A DNA stretch of 64,000 nt from a virus (Duplodnaviria > Caudoviricetes), in the IMG/VR virus record IMGVR_UViG_3300028048_000112, positions 1 through 64,000 of that record; one strand, 5' to 3'. The position numbers were made by a program, and so were the translations under genes. Shown here piece after piece: positions 58,987 through 64,000 of this stretch (position 1 is its first letter; every line of letters begins with the position of its first letter). Under the pieces are notes generated by a model. That model was not told where the DNA came from. It worked only from the letters and a program-made list of their open reading frames with translations, and did not search any database.

Positions 58987-61900
58987 TTACTGTACAACTT
59001 GAACAGTTATATTCGGTTTAAACGTAATATTACCATTTTCGTCATACACGATTTTTTGTGATACAGTGAGAACTTCATCTGTTATTGAAGTATCGTTTAG
59101 AATGGTCTGTACCTCACCATTGATATAATTATTCATCTGTATAATGTTTATGTATTGAATATCAGGTACCGAGGTTTTAATGGAGTCGAACATGGCATCC
59201 ATAGAAACATCGTTATCGCCAATAGTGTTAATGTAATTCATAACAGCTTTAACGATCTGATCCTCTTTATAATCGAGCGATTCATTATTCTTGTATTTAA
59301 CTCTAAACACAAATTTCATAGCAACATTATTTAGAGGTTCAGTTACACCAGTATTCAATTTGTATGCTGCAAATTTCTTTGATTTACCAGAAGTTCTGTA
59401 CAAACCACAGAAAATTGTTCCACCGTCAAACAAGTTTTTACGAACTTCATCAGTTCTATTAATAAGGTCATTATATAGATCATGGATTGTTTCATACATT
59501 ACTTCAGAGTTCATGTACAATCTATTTATCCATGGAACATTTTTACAAATTCCCATATATGCGATTGGTAACGGTTTGGAATAACGATTTACATAATCGT
59601 CAATTTCGCTAGCCGGAACATCAATCTCAGTATTTGTATATGTGTCATACCATACATATTCACCTTTCTTATGTTTAATTACGGATCTTGCGTAGAAGTA
59701 ATCTATAGAAGGATCGAATGCTGTTAAATTCTCAACCTTCTCATAAATATACTCATCATTCATATCCATTGCATAGAAAGTATTTCCACCAGACACATGA
59801 TCGATTTTACGAACATAATATTCCTTAAATTCGGAAGGTCCAGCTTCAATATCTTCATCAGGAACTTTAGTATAATTCAACTTAAAGTCACCAATGTTTC
59901 TAGCTATAATGTATTTAGGTGTTCCTGTATCTCCACTAATTCTGAAGGTTACTTTTCCTTCATTTGTCTCAACCTTTTCTGGATAAGATCTAGGATCAAG
60001 AGGATCACTTATAGAAGAATCGTAATTTAGATTCTTGGCATATACAATGGCATTATACTTTTCAGGAATATCATTAGGATAAGTTTCATATCCAGGTATC
60101 ATTGACTCAATATCAAAACCAATATTGAATGTTTTTGATATGAGCTTTGAGAGTACTATTGTATCAGATTCGTAAGTAATACAGGATTGCCTTGTAGGGT
60201 TATTCGTATCGTCCACGAATCTACCTGTAATTCTAAAATGAACTTCAGTATCCATATTGATAAATGTGTTAAAATCTTTTGTAGCGGTTAAGCTATTTCT
60301 AACACCTTTAACCTGCATTTCTGAAGAATCATTAACAAAGTTTGATGTTTCAAATGTAGCTTGATAGTTTATAAAACCGTCTTCAGCCATTGTCTCCAAA
60401 TTGGTAATTTTCAATCTTGTTGGATCGAGATTAAACACTCTTCCTGTAAGATCGCCAATAAGTTCAACATCAAACAAAACATACTGTTTATTATATTCTT
60501 CAGGTACATCTGAGTTAACGTATTGTTTTGTAACGTCAGGATTATATGCCTGTTCAAGAATCTTATTTATCGTATTCTGACCAGTATAAACTGTAAATAC
60601 AACGTAATATGTGTTAGCTTCATTTTTGTCAAATGAACCAGTAAGAGCACCCTTGAATGGATTTCTAAGAACGCGCATTAATGAAATATCAAGTTTATCA
60701 AGACTTGTAGATTCGTTAAAATCTGTAAATTTCATTGTTTCTGTAACGTTCGTATAGAAATCGTATACTCTAATCGTAGGAGTATCAGTATTTTCATATC
60801 TCATATAGAATGGGAATGAAACTTCTGTTACACTTTCAACATCGTCAGCATTATTGTAGATATCTACATATTCATTCCAAGGTTCTATAACAGGTTCTTC
60901 AGGATTTTCAGATACAGTAGGAACAAAAACGAATCTGTTAGTGTTTTTGTCAAACTTAAATACATCTGAAGGCTCAATCAAATAATAATTATAACCATTG
61001 AGAAGTTTCTTTTTCTTAGAAAGATCAAAATAGAAATTTGATGAACCTGTAGAAAGAATCATATCGTTATATGTGAGTTTATCAGAACTTGAATAACTCA
61101 TTGCTAACAAATCTTGTTGAACACGTGTTAATGACAAACCTTTAGTTGCTCCAAAGTTAACAATTTCAGTATTTGTAACTAAAACGTTTCTAGAATGATT
61201 CTTAGCAATAAGATTAGCTCTTATTTCTTCAAAAGTCAATGCTCTTTTACCACCAACAGCGGCTTTATCTCTAGCAAATGCTAAACAAATAATATTCAAT
61301 AGAGCATTCTGATATGCGTTTTGAAGATCCTGATTATACATAATAGAGAGATCATTGATATTGTGTATCATATAAGGGAACTGGATGTTTCCTCTTTCTC
61401 CCTGAGTAGTATAAATAACAGTTCTTATTGTATCACCTACCATAAGAGCAGTATCATCATTCATTTTAGAAAAAAGAATGTTAAAGTTCTGACTGTTACG
61501 TTTATAATCATAAGAATAGTTGTATGAGTTTAGACTTAAAGCATTTCCTTCAGGAAAACCTTTCATCAATTCCCAATTGCTAGAATTGGCTCTCTTACGG
61601 AATACTTCTACACCGACAAGCTGATTAGGAAAACTTAATGTCGTATCAGCAGTATAAGGATCTCTTACATAAAACTCACTAATTTTGCGTTCCATCTGGA
61701 ACATTTTTAAGAAGAAACAAACATAAGTTGTTCCTTCAAAACGCATTTCACGAGAAGAAATATACTGATTATAAATCTGAAATACACTTCTCATACCATC
61801 ATTTGCTAATTGTGGCATATCATAGTGAGCATAAATGTTGTATTGTGTATTAGAAATGGTTTCTCCAGTTTCGTCTATGTAAGTTGTAGTTATAGGTTTA

Positions 61901-62367
61901 CAACTTATTATTACATCATATGGTAAAACAAAAGTAGGATACGATTCAAATGACGCAACCATCTCTTTATTTATTATAAGTTTTCTAGTTCCATCTGAAG
62001 GATCGGGTATAGAAAACTTAATAATTTCGTCTTTCTTAATACAGAAAGCCATAGATGTTGAAGCTGGTGTTCCAAATATTCCAGTCAATTCTTCGGAGCT
62101 CATTTTATTCAATAATGATTTGGGTAAAACTGCTGTAGATTCATTCGTTTCAAATATTCTAGCGGCTTGCTCATACATCATCTTTGCAGCACCTTGAGCC
62201 GTTAGATGAGTAAAAATATTGAATGAACTAGCTGGATCATCAGACAATTCTTCATATGTTTCCATAGCATATTTCTTAAAAACCTGTGACCAAGCTGCGG
62301 TTAAACCCATAGCACTATTGTGGGAATTCGCATCAATAATATCTTTAATAGCTATTGTAGTTGCCAT
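58987..62367 (-). CDS. Baseplate wedge protein (T4 gp6/baseplate J-like)
   Basis: AVGGKRALTFEEIRANL is a J-like motif and the C-terminus has a wedge-like segment. Late motif at 62394-62407. Confidence 0.7.
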   Translation of the reverse strand: MATTIAIKDIIDANSHNSAMGLTAAWSQVFKKYAMETYEELSDDPASSFNIFTHLTAQGAAKMMYEQAARIFETNESTAVLPKSLLNKMSSEELTGIFGTPASTSMAFCIKKDEIIKFSIPDPSDGTRKLIINKEMVASFESYPTFVLPYDVIISCKPITTTYIDETGETISNTQYNIYAHYDMPQLANDGMRSVFQIYNQYISSREMRFEGTTYVCFFLKMFQMERKISEFYVRDPYTADTTLSFPNQLVGVEVFRKRANSSNWELMKGFPEGNALSLNSYNYSYDYKRNSQNFNILFSKMNDDTALMVGDTIRTVIYTTQGERGNIQFPYMIHNINDLSIMYNQDLQNAYQNALLNIICLAFARDKAAVGGKRALTFEEIRANLIAKNHSRNVLVTNTEIVNFGATKGLSLTRVQQDLLAMSYSSSDKLTYNDMILSTGSSNFYFDLSKKKKLLNGYNYYLIEPSDVFKFDKNTNRFVFVPTVSENPEEPVIEPWNEYVDIYNNADDVESVTEVSFPFYMRYENTDTPTIRVYDFYTNVTETMKFTDFNESTSLDKLDISLMRVLRNPFKGALTGSFDKNEANTYYVVFTVYTGQNTINKILEQAYNPDVTKQYVNSDVPEEYNKQYVLFDVELIGDLTGRVFNLDPTRLKITNLETMAEDGFINYQATFETSNFVNDSSEMQVKGVRNSLTATKDFNTFINMDTEVHFRITGRFVDDTNNPTRQSCITYESDTIVLSKLISKTFNIGFDIESMIPGYETYPNDIPEKYNAIVYAKNLNYDSSISDPLDPRSYPEKVETNEGKVTFRISGDTGTPKYIIARNIGDFKLNYTKVPDEDIEAGPSEFKEYYVRKIDHVSGGNTFYAMDMNDEYIYEKVENLTAFDPSIDYFYARSVIKHKKGEYVWYDTYTNTEIDVPASEIDDYVNRYSKPLPIAYMGICKNVPWINRLYMNSEVMYETIHDLYNDLINRTDEVRKNLFDGGTIFCGLYRTSGKSKKFAAYKLNTGVTEPLNNVAMKFVFRVKYKNNESLDYKEDQIVKAVMNYINTIGDNDVSMDAMFDSIKTSVPDIQYINIIQMNNYINGEVQTILNDTSITDEVLTVSQKIVYDENGNITFKPNITVQVVQ

Positions 62368-62475
62368 AATTCTTCATTTAACTCCCGCAAAAGTATATAT
62401 AATTGTTTTCGATTAAAGCTCATATTATAGAACAAATATAAAGAAACTAGGGCAAAACCCTAGTTTCTTTTCAAT

Positions 62476-64000
62476 TTAAACTAATGTCGCATTACCAATA
62501 AACTGATAATTCTTAACATCTTTAGCTGTAGAATTTGATCCAGAACCTGTGTATGAGTTGCGACCATGATCCCAACCTGTACTACGAGTAGAACCTTCTT
62601 TATTGCTATTAGCTGCTTTTCTAGCTTCTTGATCATATACTGCTCTAGCAGCATCATGAGTATAATTGTCGACACTTCCTGAATTCGGGAACTGGTCTCT
62701 AACAACACCCTGACGTTCAGTATATTGTGGCAAAACCCATATTAGTTCGGAACCTTTATTAACATAAGGGAATCCTCCCCAAACTGAGTTAACGTGATTG
62801 ATAATAGAATCTCTTTCATCAGCTTCAATAAGTGCTGCAGGAAGCTTTCCAGACATTCCAGGATCTTTTACTCTATCCCACAAACTTGCAGGACGTTTAA
62901 TATCATCCAAGAACTGTCTTTCATAATCGTCTACACCTTGAGATAACGCATTATTTGCTTCATCAGCAATACGTTTTAATTCTTTTGTAGTTGCAGATGA
63001 TCTGTCATACAAGTTTTCCCACAAAACGTTCTTAAGTTTAACTAACCATTCTGTTTCACTAAGAAAATTGAAATCTGTGAATGTCTGAGGATCCATGGCT
63101 TCAAAATCATTAAATGCCCAGTTTATTGTAACCTTTTGAAGAATATCTTGATCAATACTTGTATTGTGTTCAATCTGTGATCCTAAGTTAAATGTTGTTG
63201 GATAACAACCTGTAAATTTACACCAACGTTCAATACGTCTACCATCTTCACCAACCATGAATACATATACAGAACAAGTATAATCCAGAATTCTTTCAAG
63301 TACATGGTCTCTAGTAGTCATTATATAACCTCTAGATACGTAATGTATATACATTATCCATGCCATGAACAGTAATGATACAGGTCCATATCCAATATCA
63401 TTAAAGTTGGTTGTCAATGATCCTGGACCCCAGAAACTATCCATACCTGTTGCAACTTGGAGAGTTTTTCCAAATTCATCTTCTTCATAAGTATGACTAT
63501 CCAATGTCATATCTTTGGCGCCAGTAACTTGTGTACAAGTATTTCCTAATAGAGGAATAAATGGTGATGTAAAGTTGAATGTATCGTATTTGCTTTTATG
63601 TGTAGGCATTAGAATAGATTTACCTTGAAATAAACCCATTCTCACTAATTCATGTGTAAGATTTTTAGTATTATCCAAATTCAATGCATCTTGCAATAAA
63701 CCGGATTTAAATCCAGATTTCAAATGTCCTTCATAATTTGCATAGAAAGCATTATATCTGGCAGAAATTGATTGTAATTGACCATTAAGGGATTCCAATT
63801 TTGCGGAATCATATAGAGTTCCGAAATCCAAACCCATCAAACGTTCACGTTCTGCAGCATCATCCATAGCTTCAGCTTCTTTAGCTTTATTCATTTCATC
63901 ACTAAGAATAGAATTGACTGGATTTCCATCGGCATCTGTTGCAGTAAGTTCGTTTAATGCTTGTTCGTAACCACCAGAATTATTATATGCATTTTCATTC
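62476..64000 (-). CDS. Tube-fold baseplate protein (gp54-like initiator); 5' end beyond the window
   Basis: DYTCSVYVFMV...WCKFTGCYP parallels the tube protein. The frame stays open from 63894 to the right edge, so the track start is not the real one. Confidence 0.55.
   Translation of the reverse strand, partial: NENAYNNSGGYEQALNELTATDADGNPVNSILSDEMNKAKEAEAMDDAAERERLMGLDFGTLYDSAKLESLNGQLQSISARYNAFYANYEGHLKSGFKSGLLQDALNLDNTKNLTHELVRMGLFQGKSILMPTHKSKYDTFNFTSPFIPLLGNTCTQVTGAKDMTLDSHTYEEDEFGKTLQVATGMDSFWGPGSLTTNFNDIGYGPVSLLFMAWIMYIHYVSRGYIMTTRDHVLERILDYTCSVYVFMVGEDGRRIERWCKFTGCYPTTFNLGSQIEHNTSIDQDILQKVTINWAFNDFEAMDPQTFTDFNFLSETEWLVKLKNVLWENLYDRSSATTKELKRIADEANNALSQGVDDYERQFLDDIKRPASLWDRVKDPGMSGKLPAALIEADERDSIINHVNSVWGGFPYVNKGSELIWVLPQYTERQGVVRDQFPNSGSVDNYTHDAARAVYDQEARKAANSNKEGSTRSTGWDHGRNSYTGSGSNSTAKDVKNYQFIGNATLV

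Overview
AT-rich segment of a jumbo myophage, most like the phiKZ/AR9 (PBS1) group that encodes its own RNA polymerases. It uses the standard bacterial code, and a DUF261-like gene hints at a spirochaete host. The window holds much of the virion module: large terminase, prohead protease, probable major capsid protein, neck proteins, tail sheath, tube, tape measure, baseplate proteins, and a giant (>2500 aa) tail-fibre-like gene that runs off the left edge and is missing from the ORF track. It also holds a DnaB-like helicase, a dNMP kinase, two candidate lysis enzymes and a free-standing HNH endonuclease. Between the late genes, which carry an ACA-N6-TA motif, sit many small promoter-gene-terminator cassettes driven by a TTATATATTATA motif. 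Most notable: (i) three dispersed cassettes share a bipartite promoter and a covarying loop-E (AGUA/GAA) 3' hairpin, and one of them encodes an AcrIII-1 ring nuclease, so the other two genes are candidate anti-defence genes; (ii) a tRNA-like RNA has its anticodon loop replaced by a GAAA-capped hairpin; (iii) there is a three-member HEIGH metalloprotease-like family and a duplicated cassette of basic repeat proteins. All family assignments come from motif recognition by eye, not database searches.
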